The notes: generated from the sequence alone by a model not told the origin. A stretch of 64,000 nucleotides of DNA from Dehalococcoidia bacterium (GCA_965204895.1 OZ242025.1:428902-492901), one strand, 5' to 3'; shown: positions 15,966 through 26,182, counted from the first letter of the stretch. Program-made: numbers and translations.

Positions 15966-17657
15966 ATGAAGCTAACGGGAGGACAGATAGTCTGCGAGAG
16001 CCTTATCAAAGAGGGCGTGGACGTGGTGTTTGGCATTCCGGGGGGAGCAATCCTGCCCCTGTACCAGACCATGTACTACTACCCCCAGATCAGGCACATC
16101 CTGACGCGCCACGAGGAAGGCGCATCGATGGCGGCGGACGGCTACGCTCGTGTGACCGGCAAGGTGGGCGTATGCATGGCCACCTCCGGGCCCGGGGCGA
16201 CGAACCTTGTCACCGGCATAACGACGGCCCAGATGGACTCGGTGCCGATGGTGGCGATCACGGGGCAGGTGTCCAGGCCGGCCATCGGCCGCGACGCCTT
16301 CCAGGAGACGGACGTGACCGGCATCACCCTGCCCGTCACCAAGCACAACTACCTTGTGATGAGCGCCAGCGAGATAGCGGAAGCCATCAAAGAGGCCTTC
16401 TACATCGCCAACACCGGCAGGCCCGGCCCCGTGCTGGTGGACATCCCCAAGGACGTCTTCACCGAGACGGCGGAGTTCCACTACCCGGACGGCGTCGACC
16501 TGCCCGGCTACAAGCCGGTGATGGACGGCCATCCCGCCCAGATCAGGCGGGCGGCGCAGCTGATCTCGGAGGCCAAGCGGCCCGTGATCCTGGCGGGGCA
16601 CGGCGTCATCATCTCCCGCGGCTACGACGACCTGCGGGAGCTTGCGGAGAAGGCCCAGATTCCGGTCATCACCACTCTCCTGGGCCGCAGCGCCTTCCCG
16701 GACAGCCACGCGCTCTTCGTCGGCATGCCCGGGATGCACGGCGTCGCCTACGCAAGCCTGGCCATCGACGAGGCTGATCTGGTCATCGGCCTGGGTATGC
16801 GCTTCGACGACCGCATTACGGGCAAGATAAGCGCCTTCGCTCCCAACGCCAGGGTCATTCACGTGGACATCGACCCCGCGGAGATCGACAAGAACGTCCA
16901 CGCAGACGTGCCCATCGTGGGAGACCTGGGCCGGGTGCTGAAGCAGCTCAACCAGATCGTTCAGCCGGCAACCCACCCCGAGTGGCTCAAGCGCATCGAC
17001 GAGCTGCGGCAGGACCACCCCTCCCTGCGCATCCGCGAGACGGACAAGCTGCTTCCCCAGTACGTTGTCCGGGACCTGTGCGAGGCCACAGAGGGCGGCG
17101 CCATTGTGGTGACGGGCGTGGGCCAGCACCAGATGTGGGCGGCGCAGCACTACGCCCACACAGAGGCCAACTCCTTCATCACCTCCGGCGGCCTGGGATC
17201 GATGGGGTTCGAGGTGCCGGCGGCAATGGGCGCGCAGGTGGGACAGCCCGACCGCGTGGTCTGGTCCATATGCGGCGACGGCGGCTTCCAGATGACCATG
17301 TCGGAGCTTGCGACCATCGTGGAGAACAACATCCCGGTGAAGTTCGCCATCTTCAACAACGGGTACCTGGGCATGGTGCGCCAGTGGCAGGAGATCTTCT
17401 ATCAGAAGGACTACTTCTCCACCCACTACACCGGCAACCCGGACTTTGTGAAGCTGGCCGACGCCTTCGGGATACGCGGCATGAGGGTGAGCCGCCGGGA
17501 GGAGTCTATTGAGGCCATACGAGAGGCCATGGCCCACCCCGGCCCGGTCGTGGTGGACTTCATGGTGGAGGACGAGGAGAACGTCTACCCCATGATTCCC
17601 CCCGGAGAGAGCACGGCGGAGCTTATGGAGGAACCCTTTGCAAGGGAGCTGAGATGA
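15966..17657 (+). CDS. ilvB: acetolactate synthase large subunit
   Basis: MKLTGGQIVCESLIKEGVDVVFGIPGG..., a ThDP-binding region (GGLGSMGFEVPAAMG...GDGGF). GGAGGTG SD upstream. The track start at 15723 would run through the T-box. Confidence 0.9.
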   Translation: MKLTGGQIVCESLIKEGVDVVFGIPGGAILPLYQTMYYYPQIRHILTRHEEGASMAADGYARVTGKVGVCMATSGPGATNLVTGITTAQMDSVPMVAITGQVSRPAIGRDAFQETDVTGITLPVTKHNYLVMSASEIAEAIKEAFYIANTGRPGPVLVDIPKDVFTETAEFHYPDGVDLPGYKPVMDGHPAQIRRAAQLISEAKRPVILAGHGVIISRGYDDLRELAEKAQIPVITTLLGRSAFPDSHALFVGMPGMHGVAYASLAIDEADLVIGLGMRFDDRITGKISAFAPNARVIHVDIDPAEIDKNVHADVPIVGDLGRVLKQLNQIVQPATHPEWLKRIDELRQDHPSLRIRETDKLLPQYVVRDLCEATEGGAIVVTGVGQHQMWAAQHYAHTEANSFITSGGLGSMGFEVPAAMGAQVGQPDRVVWSICGDGGFQMTMSELATIVENNIPVKFAIFNNGYLGMVRQWQEIFYQKDYFSTHYTGNPDFVKLADAFGIRGMRVSRREESIEAIREAMAHPGPVVVDFMVEDEENVYPMIPPGESTAELMEEPFARELR

Positions 17658-18214
17658 CAACACAGACGAGTGAGCACACAATTGTAGCCCTGGTCCACGA
17701 CAAACCCGGCGTCCTCAACAGGGTCGCCAGCATGTTCCGGCGGCGCGGCTTCAACATCTCAAGCCTGGCCGTGGGCAACAGCGAGACCAACGGCTTCTCG
17801 CGCATGACCTTCGTGGTTGACGGAGACGAGGCGACCGTTGACCAGATCACCAAGCAGCTGTACAAGCTGATTGACGTGGTAAAGGTGTCGGACATCTCCG
17901 AGGAGGACGTTGTCGTGCGGGAGCTTGCGCTCATCAAGGTGCGCACCACGGCCTCCACCCGCCCGGAGATACTCCAGCTGGCGGAGATATTCCGGTCCAG
18001 CGTGGTGGACGTATCGCCGGACTCGGTTATCCTGGAGGTGACCGGAGACGAGGACAAGGTGGACTCGCTGATACGCATACTCAAGCCCTTCGGCATACGG
18101 GAGGTCATGCGCACCGGGCGCGTGGGCCTCATGCGGGGTATGACCAAGTCCCTGGCTATGGACAACGGCAACCGACCCGGCCGCGGCAACGGCAGGTCCA
18201 ACGGCAGAGCATAG
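17654..18214 (+). CDS. ilvN: acetolactate synthase small (regulatory) subunit
   Basis: ACT domain [38 protein letters not shown] overlap with ilvB. Confidence 0.9.
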   Translation: MTTQTSEHTIVALVHDKPGVLNRVASMFRRRGFNISSLAVGNSETNGFSRMTFVVDGDEATVDQITKQLYKLIDVVKVSDISEEDVVVRELALIKVRTTASTRPEILQLAEIFRSSVVDVSPDSVILEVTGDEDKVDSLIRILKPFGIREVMRTGRVGLMRGMTKSLAMDNGNRPGRGNGRSNGRA

Positions 18215-18236
18215 AGCTGTAAGGAGGCAACGGGCT

Positions 18237-19232
18237 ATGGCCAATGTTTACTACGAAAACGATGCAGACCTTTCTCTGCTTGACGGCAGGACCGTCGGAG
18301 TCATCGGCTACGGGAGCCAGGGGCACGCCCACGCCCTGAGCCTCAAGGACAGCGGCGTCGACGTGGTGGTGGGCCTGTACGAGGGCAGCTCCAGCTGGCC
18401 CAGGGCCGAGGAGGCGGGCCTGCGAGTCGCCACCGTGTCGGACGTGGCGCAGCAGGCGGACATGATGATGATGCTGGTGCCGGACCACCTCCAGTCCCGG
18501 ATATACCGGGAGTCCATCCAGCCGCACCTGGCGGAGGGCAAGACCCTCATGTTTGCCCACGGCTTCAACATCCACTACCAGCAGATAGTGCCGCCTCCGC
18601 AGGTGGACGTGTCAATGGTCGCGCCCAAGGCCCCCGGACACCGGATGCGGGAGATATTCACGCGAGGCTCAGGGGTGCCGGGCCTGCTGGCCATTCACCA
18701 GGACTCCTCCGGCAAGGCAAAGGAAAACGCCCTGGCCTACGCCAAGGGCGTCGGGTGCACCCGGGCCGGTGTGCTAGACACCACCTTCAAGGAGGAAACG
18801 GAGACCGACCTGTTCGGGGAGCAGACCATCCTCTGCGGTGGCGTATCGGCGCTGATCAAGGCCGGTTTCGAGACACTGGTGGAGGCCGGCTACCAGCCGG
18901 AGTCCGCCTACTTCGAGTGCCTCCACGAGCTCAAGCTCATCGTAGACCTCATTTACCAGGGCGGCCTGGGCTACATGCGCTATTCGGTCAGCGACACGGC
19001 GGAGTACGGCGACTATAGCCGCGGCCCCCGGGTCATTGACGAGCACGTGAAGGAGAACATGAAGCTCATCCTGGAGGACATCCAGAACGGCTCCTTCGCC
19101 CGCGAGTGGATCGCGGAGAACGACGAGGGACGGCCGCGCTTCAACCGCATGCGCCAGGAGGACGCCGACCACTCAATTGAGAAGGTGGGCGTTACCCTGC
19201 GCGATATGATGGGTTTCCTTAAGGAGACATAG
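18237..19232 (+). CDS. ilvC: ketol-acid reductoisomerase
   Basis: [27 protein letters not shown] and the rest of the class I KARI sequence. AGGAGG SD upstream. Confidence 0.95.
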   Translation: MANVYYENDADLSLLDGRTVGVIGYGSQGHAHALSLKDSGVDVVVGLYEGSSSWPRAEEAGLRVATVSDVAQQADMMMMLVPDHLQSRIYRESIQPHLAEGKTLMFAHGFNIHYQQIVPPPQVDVSMVAPKAPGHRMREIFTRGSGVPGLLAIHQDSSGKAKENALAYAKGVGCTRAGVLDTTFKEETETDLFGEQTILCGGVSALIKAGFETLVEAGYQPESAYFECLHELKLIVDLIYQGGLGYMRYSVSDTAEYGDYSRGPRVIDEHVKENMKLILEDIQNGSFAREWIAENDEGRPRFNRMRQEDADHSIEKVGVTLRDMMGFLKET

Positions 19233-19488
19233 TCTGCTAGAATAGCCCCGTCTATGTGTACTAGCAACGTTACCCTGGAGGTACCACACGTAGTCCGCCA
19301 GAAGGGACGGCTTATGGCAATGGTCGTCTCGGCGGACTGCGTTGTCCTTTAGTTTCTCCCGGATACTTTGGCACATCCCTGCCCTGTGAAGGCGCGCGCG
19401 TCAACCGCAGGAGCAGTCCCAGCGAAGCACAAACATCCCCAGGCAGAGACTCTATTGGACTGGGAAGAGACAGAGGAGTAACCCCGAA

Positions 19489-21033
19489 ATGCCCGACGAC
19501 AAGGTGATAATCTTCGATACCACGCTGCGTGACGGCGAGCAGGCCGCCGGAGCAGCAATGACCCTCGATGAGAAGGTCGCAATAGCCAGACGACTGGAGC
19601 GCCTGCGAGTCGACGTGATTGAGGCAGGCTTCGCCGCCAGCTCTCCCGGCGACTTCCTGGCCGTCCAGACCATCGCCAGAGAGGTGCGCACCCCCACCAT
19701 CTGCTCCCTCTCCAGGTGCATCCCTGCGGACGTGGACAGCGCAATGGAGGCGCTCAAGGACGCCGCCCACCCCCGCATTCACGTGTTCCTGTCCAGCTCT
19801 GACATCCAGATTTTGCACCAACTGCGGAAGAACCGCGAGGAGGTCATGGAGATGGCGGTGGCCGCCGTGGAGAGGGCCAAGACCTTCTGCGACGACGTTG
19901 AGTTCTCCCCGATGGACGCCACTCGCACCCAGCCGGAGTACCTGTACCAGCTGCTGGAGGCCGCCATAGCCGCCGGGGCCACTACGGTCAACATCCCCGA
20001 CACCGTGGGCTATGCCATACCGGAGGAGTTCGCTAGGCTGCTGGTGGACATCCAGAGCAACGTGCCCAACATCGGGAAGGCGGTGCTCTCTGTACACTGC
20101 CACAACGACCTTGGCCTCTCGGTGTCCAACAGCCTGGCCGCCGTCAAGGTGGGCGCCCGCCAGGTGGAGGGGTGCATCAACGGCATTGGAGAAAGGGCCG
20201 GGAACGCCTCCCTTGAGGAAGTGATCATGAGCTTGGCCACCCGGAAGGACTACTTCGGGGTCGACATTGGCATAGACACCGCGGAGCTGTATCCCACAAG
20301 CCGCCTGGTCAGCGACATCACCGGCTTCACCGTACAGCCAAACAAGGCCATTGTGGGCCAGAACGCCTTCCGCCACGCCTCCGGCATTCACCAGGACGGC
20401 GTGCTCAAGGAGCGCACCACCTTTGAGATAATGGACCCCCAGTCCGTCGGCATTCCCAGCAACAGCCTGGTTCTGGGCAAGCTGAGCGGCCGCGCCGGGC
20501 TTCGCGCAAGGCTGGAGGAGCTTGGATACCACCTGGACCAGGATAACCTGAACTCGGTCTTCGAAGAGTTCAAGAACCTGGCCGACAAGAAGCGCGAGGT
20601 GGATGACCGGGACCTGGAGGCGCTGATGGGCGACCATCGCCGGTCTGAGGTCGAGATCTGCAGGCTGGACCACGTCCAGGTGTCCTGCGGCGACCACGAG
20701 ATCGCCACGGCCACGGTGCGCATCATCGACCCGGAGGGCCGCCCTCTGACCGACGCCGGAACCGGGACGGGCCCCGTGGACGCGGTGTGCGTCGCCATCA
20801 ACCGGATACTCCAGGTGCCCAACACCCTCCAGGAGTTCTCGATTGACTCCATCACTGAGGGCACGGACGCCATGGGAGTGGTGACCATACGGATTTCGCG
20901 GGACAGCAAGATTTACACGGGGCGTGGCTCCTCAACGGACATCATAGTTGCCAGCGCCAAGGCCTACGTCAACGCCCTGAACAAGCTCATGGCCATTGAG
21001 GGCATACCGGACACGATAGCCGCCATAAGGTAG
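19489..21033 (+). CDS. leuA: 2-isopropylmalate synthase
   Basis: [28 protein letters not shown] and a C-terminal LeuA dimerisation/regulatory domain. Confidence 0.95.
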   Translation: MPDDKVIIFDTTLRDGEQAAGAAMTLDEKVAIARRLERLRVDVIEAGFAASSPGDFLAVQTIAREVRTPTICSLSRCIPADVDSAMEALKDAAHPRIHVFLSSSDIQILHQLRKNREEVMEMAVAAVERAKTFCDDVEFSPMDATRTQPEYLYQLLEAAIAAGATTVNIPDTVGYAIPEEFARLLVDIQSNVPNIGKAVLSVHCHNDLGLSVSNSLAAVKVGARQVEGCINGIGERAGNASLEEVIMSLATRKDYFGVDIGIDTAELYPTSRLVSDITGFTVQPNKAIVGQNAFRHASGIHQDGVLKERTTFEIMDPQSVGIPSNSLVLGKLSGRAGLRARLEELGYHLDQDNLNSVFEEFKNLADKKREVDDRDLEALMGDHRRSEVEICRLDHVQVSCGDHEIATATVRIIDPEGRPLTDAGTGTGPVDAVCVAINRILQVPNTLQEFSIDSITEGTDAMGVVTIRISRDSKIYTGRGSSTDIIVASAKAYVNALNKLMAIEGIPDTIAAIR

Positions 21034-21076
21034 TAAGAGCGTAGGGCCCCTCCCTGCCCGACCACAGCAACCCTCA

Positions 21077-21114
21077 GCAGGGGCGATTTGCAAATCGCCC
21101 CTGCTTCTTTTGTT
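21077..21114 (+). terminator. intrinsic terminator after leuA
   Basis: Perfect 14-bp palindrome gcaggggcgatttg/caaatcgcccctgc (21077-21104), followed by ttcttttgtt. Confidence 0.8.
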
Positions 21115-21314
21115 GGGCAGTCCCGTGGCAAAAACCTTACGATATTATTACGTTTTCCTTACAGCTTGGGCTGATTCTTTCGCAGGCACAAATTATTGGG
21201 CGGAGAGCAGCCCAAGGACTCCCAAATGCTGACGGCTCTCGTTGACGCGTTTTGCCGACCGCCGCTATCATCTTGCTCCAAAGTGAAGCGCTTTCCTGCG
21301 ACGGGAGGTGGCTT

Positions 21315-22325
21315 ATGTACAGATACACTGCGCGGCGGCTGTTGGCGGGGCTGCTTACGGCCCTTCTCGCCTCCGTCTTGATCTTCGCCATACTCCGCCC
21401 TACTTTTGCTATTGCACCTGAGAGATTCATAGCGTGTCTTGGAGACTGTGAGATCACTGATGAGCAACAGAGAAAACTCAGAGAGTCCCTTGGATTGGTC
21501 GGGCCTCTGCACGTGCAGTACTTCAGATGGATGGGCGGCTGGCTCTCTGGGAACTGGGGAGAATCGTTCATATCTTCAGAAGCCATATGGGAGAAGTTCA
21601 AGGAGGGTCTGCCAGCCACCCTCCAGTTGGTCTCAATGACACTGGCCTTTGCAATACTTATAGGAATACCTGCCGGGATTATCATGGCGCTTGTTCGAAG
21701 CTCATTGACAGACCTTCTCAACCTAGCAGTACTCAAGATGTCGCTGGCCCTCCCCATTTTCTGGACAGCTACCCTACTGCTGGTTGCGGGAACCCACTTC
21801 CTGGATTGGGATCTCGAGACCGGATACATCTCATTCATAGACGACCCAATAGGGAATTTGGGCATGTTTGCCTGGCCCGCGTTGGTCTTGGGCATCCCTG
21901 CCGCCGGTACTGTTGCCTTGATGACGCGCTCAACTGCACTGGACGCGCTGCGCCAAGACGACGTACAAATCGTGGCTGAAGCAGGCACGGTTTACTCCCT
22001 CGCCGTCTTCCTCCATACCTTGAGATATACCTTAGTGCCAACGTTTGTTACTTTAGGACTCATCCTCCCGGCTATCGTTGGCGGCGCGCTGCTGATGGAA
22101 AGGGTATTCGTATTGGACGGAGTGGGCGATATGTTCACAGAAGCTGCAAACCAGAGAGATTTTCCTATCATGGAATCCCTGGCCCTTTTCTTCTCCGTGT
22201 GGGTGATAGCGGTCAACACCGCGGTGGACATACTCTGCGGCTGGCTGGACGCCACCGTACGCTCCACAGGAAAGTCCCCGCGAGAAGAGTGGAACCATCT
22301 GGCAAACCCCGTCCGTCTGGTGTAA
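21315..22325 (+). CDS. ABC transporter permease, DppB/OppB type (divergent)
   Basis: MYRYTARRLLAGLLTALLASVLIFAIL N-terminus with multiple TM segments. ATG 21315 has GGGAGG upstream. The EAA-loop region reads ALRQDDVQIVAEAG (degenerate). Confidence 0.75.
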   Translation: MYRYTARRLLAGLLTALLASVLIFAILRPTFAIAPERFIACLGDCEITDEQQRKLRESLGLVGPLHVQYFRWMGGWLSGNWGESFISSEAIWEKFKEGLPATLQLVSMTLAFAILIGIPAGIIMALVRSSLTDLLNLAVLKMSLALPIFWTATLLLVAGTHFLDWDLETGYISFIDDPIGNLGMFAWPALVLGIPAAGTVALMTRSTALDALRQDDVQIVAEAGTVYSLAVFLHTLRYTLVPTFVTLGLILPAIVGGALLMERVFVLDGVGDMFTEAANQRDFPIMESLALFFSVWVIAVNTAVDILCGWLDATVRSTGKSPREEWNHLANPVRLV

Positions 22326-22356
22326 ACTATCCCCTAATATCCAAGAGAAGGACGCC

Positions 22357-23319
22357 ATGCACAGATACATCGCACAACGCCTACTGCAGGGGATGCTCAG
22401 CGCATTCCTCGTATCGCTCCTGATTTTCGCCATCCTCCGGATAGCGCCCGGAGACGTGGCAATGATGGTGTACACCCAGGGGGACGACGACATTGTGTCT
22501 ATAGATGAGGAGGCGCTGGACCGAATCAGGGAAAATCTGGGGCTGCACAGGCCCCTCCACATGCAGTACCTGGTCTGGATCGGGGACATGCTGACCTTTG
22601 ACTGGGGCACCTCCTACTTCCACGGCGGAAACGTGTGGGATGACTTCAAGCAGAAGCTCCCGGTGACTATGGAGTTGGGCATTCTGAGCCTGGTGTTATC
22701 CGTGTTAATCGCGTTCCCTGTGGGGCTCCTGATGGCCTTAAAGCAGGATACCTGGAGCGACTACGTCGGGCGCGTGTTCTCCTTGGGCGGCCTGTCTATA
22801 CCCAATTTCTGGATTGCGACGATGCTGCTGGTGGTGGGGCTGTACCTCTTCGACTGGAGCCCGCGCCTGGAGTACAAGGACTTCTTCGAAGACCCCTTCG
22901 GCAACCTGAGCCTGATGTTCTGGCCCGCCGTCATCGTGGGCTACAGCTCCACGGCGGTCAAGGCCAGGATGCTGCGCTCCTCCATGCTTGAGGTGCTGCG
23001 ACAGGACTACATCAGGACGGCCCACGCCAAGGGATTGAGCGGCGCAGTGGTCACCTACCGCCACGCTTTGAGAAACGCCATGCTGCCCGTGGTGACCATA
23101 GTTGGGTTCTCCATAGCGGCCATCATCGGCGGCTCCGTGATTATGGAGACCATCTTTCAGATGCCCGGGCTGGGCCAGTACCTTGTGGCGGGAATGAACA
23201 GCCGGGACTACAACATCGTGCAGTCCCTGGTCACCTTCTTCGCCATGTGGATAATTTTAACCAACATCATAGTCGACATCTCGTACGCCTGGCTGGACCC
23301 GCGCATAAGGTTCGACTAG
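22357..23319 (+). CDS. ABC transporter permease, DppB/OppB type
   Basis: MHRYIAQRLLQGMLSAFLVSLLIFAILRIAPGD and a canonical EAA region LRQDYIRTAHAKGLSGAVVTYRHALRNAMLP. Confidence 0.85.
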   Translation: MHRYIAQRLLQGMLSAFLVSLLIFAILRIAPGDVAMMVYTQGDDDIVSIDEEALDRIRENLGLHRPLHMQYLVWIGDMLTFDWGTSYFHGGNVWDDFKQKLPVTMELGILSLVLSVLIAFPVGLLMALKQDTWSDYVGRVFSLGGLSIPNFWIATMLLVVGLYLFDWSPRLEYKDFFEDPFGNLSLMFWPAVIVGYSSTAVKARMLRSSMLEVLRQDYIRTAHAKGLSGAVVTYRHALRNAMLPVVTIVGFSIAAIIGGSVIMETIFQMPGLGQYLVAGMNSRDYNIVQSLVTFFAMWIILTNIIVDISYAWLDPRIRFD

Positions 23320-23343
23320 GCTCCCTGTTGACGACAGCTTCAG

Positions 23344-23492
23344 AACCGCTCGCTCCCTTCGACATTGCTCAGGGCGAGCGGTTTCTTGTTCTATCCGCTC
23401 ATAGCCTGCCCCGTACCCCGATACGGGGGCGTTTCTCCAAGGCATCGCAGACTTGCAGACAGAGTTCCTAGATTCCTGCTTCCGCAGGAATG
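23344..23492. repeat. cluster of REP-like hairpins (three types)
   Basis: aaccgctcgc..gcgagcggtt (23344-23383), ccgctcatagcctgccccgtaccccgatacggggg (23395-23431), and attcctgc-ttcc-gcaggaat (23472-23491). Confidence 0.65.
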
Positions 23493-23506
23493 ACGAAGAA
23501 AAGCAC

Positions 23507-23532
23507 GAGAGGCTGTGTTCCCACAGCCTCTC
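23507..23532. terminator. bidirectional hairpin terminator candidate
   Basis: Perfect 11-bp stem gagaggctgtg-ttcc-cacagcctctc with T-rich runs on both sides. Lies between the convergent permease and ACAD genes. Confidence 0.5.
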
Positions 23533-23557
23533 GCTCTCTTTTAGGGCCAACGTAGTA

Positions 23558-24379
23558 TTACGTCTGCTCCCTGCCCTGCTGCCTGAGGAATTCCTGCACG
23601 CTGCGGACGGTCTCGTCGTCGCCACGGAAGATCATGTAGCCACCACGCTCACTGCCAATGGTGGCCTGGGCAATCTCCCAACCCTGGTACTGGTGCCCAA
23701 TCAGGCAGTCCCCCGGCACGCGCACGTCGTCCAGTTCGATGTGGCTGTCGCTGCCCAGGAGAAGGTCCTGGCTGCTGACGGAGATGCCCGGAGTGGCGGC
23801 GTCTATCATGAACACGCCGAGATTGAGCTTTTCAGGACGGGTGACGTCGGTGACGGCCAGCGTCCAGAGGTAGTCTGGGTCAAACCGGCCCAGAACAAAG
23901 GCCTTGCTGCCGTTGATGACCCACTCTCCGCCGTCGCGGACGGCGTGGGTCTTGATGGAGGCCAGGTCGCTGCCGGTCTCCAACTCGCTGAAGAGCTGCC
24001 ATACAATGGTCTCCCCGCGGAGAGCCGGGGGCACGTATCGCTCCTTCTGCTCCGGGTTGCCCCAGACCAGCAGAGGCGGAATCCAGCGCTGGGTGTTGCC
24101 GATTGACGGGAGGTTCAGACGCCTGATCTCCTCCAGAAAGACCTCCTCCAACTCCGGGTGCAGCCCGCCGCCGCCCCACTCCAGGGGCCAGGACGGCGCC
24201 AGCCAGCCCCTCTCCCCCAGCCTGCACCGGAAATCCCTGACCTTCTGCTGTGTCTCTTTGTCCAGGGGCCTGCCGTCCGACGGGATGTCCAGGTCCTTGG
24301 GCATGTTGTCGTCCAGCCAGGCGCGGAGGGCCTCTCGAAACTGCTGCTGCTGGTCTGTGTAGTGGATCTCGAAGTCCAC
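23558..24379 (-). CDS. acyl-CoA dehydrogenase family protein, C-terminally truncated (possible pseudogene)
   Basis: 273 aa. The N-terminal and middle ACAD domains are recognisable (WQLFSELETGSDLASIKT..., INGSKAFV). It stops about 35 aa into the C-terminal helical domain. GTG start with AAGGAGGG SD. Confidence 0.7.
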   Translation of the reverse strand: MDFEIHYTDQQQQFREALRAWLDDNMPKDLDIPSDGRPLDKETQQKVRDFRCRLGERGWLAPSWPLEWGGGGLHPELEEVFLEEIRRLNLPSIGNTQRWIPPLLVWGNPEQKERYVPPALRGETIVWQLFSELETGSDLASIKTHAVRDGGEWVINGSKAFVLGRFDPDYLWTLAVTDVTRPEKLNLGVFMIDAATPGISVSSQDLLLGSDSHIELDDVRVPGDCLIGHQYQGWEIAQATIGSERGGYMIFRGDDETVRSVQEFLRQQGREQT

Positions 24380-24572
24380 TGTGCCCTCCTTTCCGATTCA
24401 CCACCGCACTTGGTGTGCCGGCCTTGCCGCTCCGTGCGTCAGGCGCTATTCGACGACCAGAATAGTGGGTTGAGAGAGACTACCCCATATTACCACCAAA
24501 AAGGCTGCGCGACTACACCGCGCACTTGTAAGGATGGCGTAGAATTGGCCTCGCCGACGAGCCTTGCCCAGG

Positions 24573-24890
24573 CTAGGCGGGTGTCTTGCTTATGACTTCA
24601 ATGAGCCGATAGCCGTACCTGGAGGCGTCCTGGGGCGGCTCCCGTCCCGGATAGGCTTCGAACTTCTCTATCCTGAGCCTGTAGACGTACCCTTCCTCGT
24701 AGTCGAAGCCCTCTATCCGGCTGTAGAAGAGGCTGTCGTCAACCACCATGCACTTCATAGGCCCAACGCCTACGCAGTCCACAAGCTCAGGGCCAACCTC
24801 AACTTCAAGGACTTCTCTGTTCTCGAACGCGGTACAGGAGGATAAGGTCAAGGCCAATGCCACAGTGAGCGCAACTAATCTCCACAACAT
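24573..24890 (-). CDS. putative lipoprotein, DUF4377-like
   Basis: Lipobox LTLSSC. CVGVGPMKCMVV...IEGFDYEEGYVYRLRI resembles the DUF4377 pattern. Start chosen at MLWRLVAL; the track start is 24929. Confidence 0.55.
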   Translation of the reverse strand: MLWRLVALTVALALTLSSCTAFENREVLEVEVGPELVDCVGVGPMKCMVVDDSLFYSRIEGFDYEEGYVYRLRIEKFEAYPGREPPQDASRYGYRLIEVISKTPA

Positions 24891-24991
24891 CTCGACAAGC
24901 GGCCCACTGCTCAGAATGAGGGCAAACAATCTTCTTGAGGGAACTTTGGCGCCTGATCTATCTTAAGGCCTCAGCAAGGCCTCTTGAAACC

Positions 24992-25429
24992 TCAGCCGCT
25001 CTTTTCCGGGGCCTGGCACTGGTGGCAGTTGATGTAGAACTCCATACGGTGACCGACCACCTCGCCCGGAATGTCGCTGCCGACGGCTCGCAGAAGACGT
25101 TCCACCGTTGCAGCCCGGAACTCGCCGACCGTGCCGCACTTGACGCACACGGTGTGGTGATGGTGCTCGTTGCGGGACAGGCTGTACTTCGGAGCGCCGT
25201 CCATCAGAGCGAGCTTGCATATTACCCCCTCATCCAGAAGCAGCTTGATGGTCCTGTACACCGTTGCGCGGCCCACTGAGGGAAGGTCTTCGCTGATCTC
25301 CTCAGCAGTAAAGCCCGCCTGCTTCATCTCCAATAGCTGGATGATGGTCTGCCTGGGAGCCGTCGATCTGTAGCCGCGATCCTCCAGCACAGCCATGAGA
25401 TTGGGGCGGGAAACCTGTGTCTCGTTCAT
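24992..25429 (-). CDS. Fur-family metalloregulator
   Basis: 145 aa. Winged-helix GRATVYRTIKLL, an HHHH cluster, and CxxC pairs (CVKC, CHQC). Confidence 0.85.
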   Translation of the reverse strand: MNETQVSRPNLMAVLEDRGYRSTAPRQTIIQLLEMKQAGFTAEEISEDLPSVGRATVYRTIKLLLDEGVICKLALMDGAPKYSLSRNEHHHHTVCVKCGTVGEFRAATVERLLRAVGSDIPGEVVGHRMEFYINCHQCQAPEKSG

Positions 25430-25463
25430 AATGTCTTAACAACGCCTCGTATAGTGTAGTTAT

Positions 25464-25529
25464 AGTCTACTACCAGGGAGACTGAGTATCAACCCACCTC
25501 TTATAGCAAGGCAGAGCCTGTGCTAGAAT
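25464..25529. promoter_or_regulatory. back-to-back divergent promoter candidates (fur / membrane-yceI)
   Basis: Minus strand: TTGATA (25487-92)-N17-TAGACT (25464-69). Plus strand: TTATAG (25501-06)-N17 ending TGc-TAGAAT (25524-29). Confidence 0.35.
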
Positions 25530-25601
25530 GGCTTAATCCTGTTCACCGTTACTGCCCCGCCATATCTCACAACGCTTAAGGCAAGAGAGGTCTGAAGTAG
25601 A

Positions 25602-26150
25602 TTGTCCACAGCAACTCAAAAAACGGAGCCGCATGACGGCATATGTCCCGTGCGGGCCGGTCTCACCGCGGGGTCTGTTGCCGCCATTGCGGCCGTGCTG
25701 GTCAACCTCCCGCTGGAAGCGCCCACGGACACCTTCTTCAACGGCGGGTCGGTGATGGTGGGCGCGCTTGCGGTGGGCCTGGCCGACGGCGCGCTCTGGC
25801 GGGCTACGGAGGGCCGGGGGACGCGGCAGTGGGTCGTCTTCCACTCCGTTCACTGGCTCGTGTTTGCCGTTGTCGCCATCGCCGCCGTGGCGGGCGAGAT
25901 GCAGCTGGAGCGCTCCGTATCCTACATCCTGCCCCTGGCGGTCGTTGTCTTTGGGCTGACGGGCTTTATCACCCCACATCTTGCCCGGGCAGGCTCGTGG
26001 CTGCCGCGCTGGGCGACTGCGCTGTTGCTGCTCCTGGCAATCGGCCTTGGAATCGCGCTGGCCGGCCAGGGCGACCAGGAGAGCGGCCGGCTGGAGCTGC
26101 CCCCAAGGACTTCATCCTATGTTATTATCGATTCCGCCCTACCCGACTGA
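25602..26150 (+). CDS. hypothetical integral membrane protein
   Basis: This frame gives 4-5 hydrophobic segments, whereas the overlapping 25643 frame is Arg-rich nonsense here. The start codon (TTG) is uncertain. Confidence 0.5.
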   Translation: MSTATQKTEPHDGICPVRAGLTAGSVAAIAAVLVNLPLEAPTDTFFNGGSVMVGALAVGLADGALWRATEGRGTRQWVVFHSVHWLVFAVVAIAAVAGEMQLERSVSYILPLAVVVFGLTGFITPHLARAGSWLPRWATALLLLLAIGLGIALAGQGDQESGRLELPPRTSSYVIIDSALPD

Positions 26151-26182
26151 GAAAACACTCGTGCAGAAAGCGATGGTCCGAT

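Noticed and set aside
15972-17681. Long antisense ORFs opposite ilvB (15972..17681), leuA (19312..20697), valS (43629..44537, 44637..45629), ctaD (37754..38740), sbcD (6652..7842), glyQS (13937..14983), hpnE/aldolase (1310..2476), dnaN (30342..31091) and others.
   Set aside because: Each overlaps a gene with strong family motifs on the other strand and has skewed Arg/Gly/Pro/His composition. I treat them as shadow ORFs.
19270-19290. The T-box-like string ctggaggtaccacacg in the ilvC-leuA spacer.
   Set aside because: It only partly matches GGGUGGUACCGCG, lies 200 nt from the gene, and has no Stem I features or adjacent terminator. It is not a T-box.
25441-25470. A Fur/PerR/Zur box in the fur promoter (tatagtgtagttatagtctacta).
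   Set aside because: Only the outer 4 bp are self-complementary. It does not fit the 7-1-7 or 19-bp Fur consensus. I mention it only as a weak direct repeat.
25643-26182. The N-terminal 180 aa of the 433-aa ORF 25643..26944.
   Set aside because: This part is an Arg/Gly-rich frame overlapping a hydrophobic membrane-protein frame. A signal peptide and lipobox start at ATG 26183, so only the downstream part is called.
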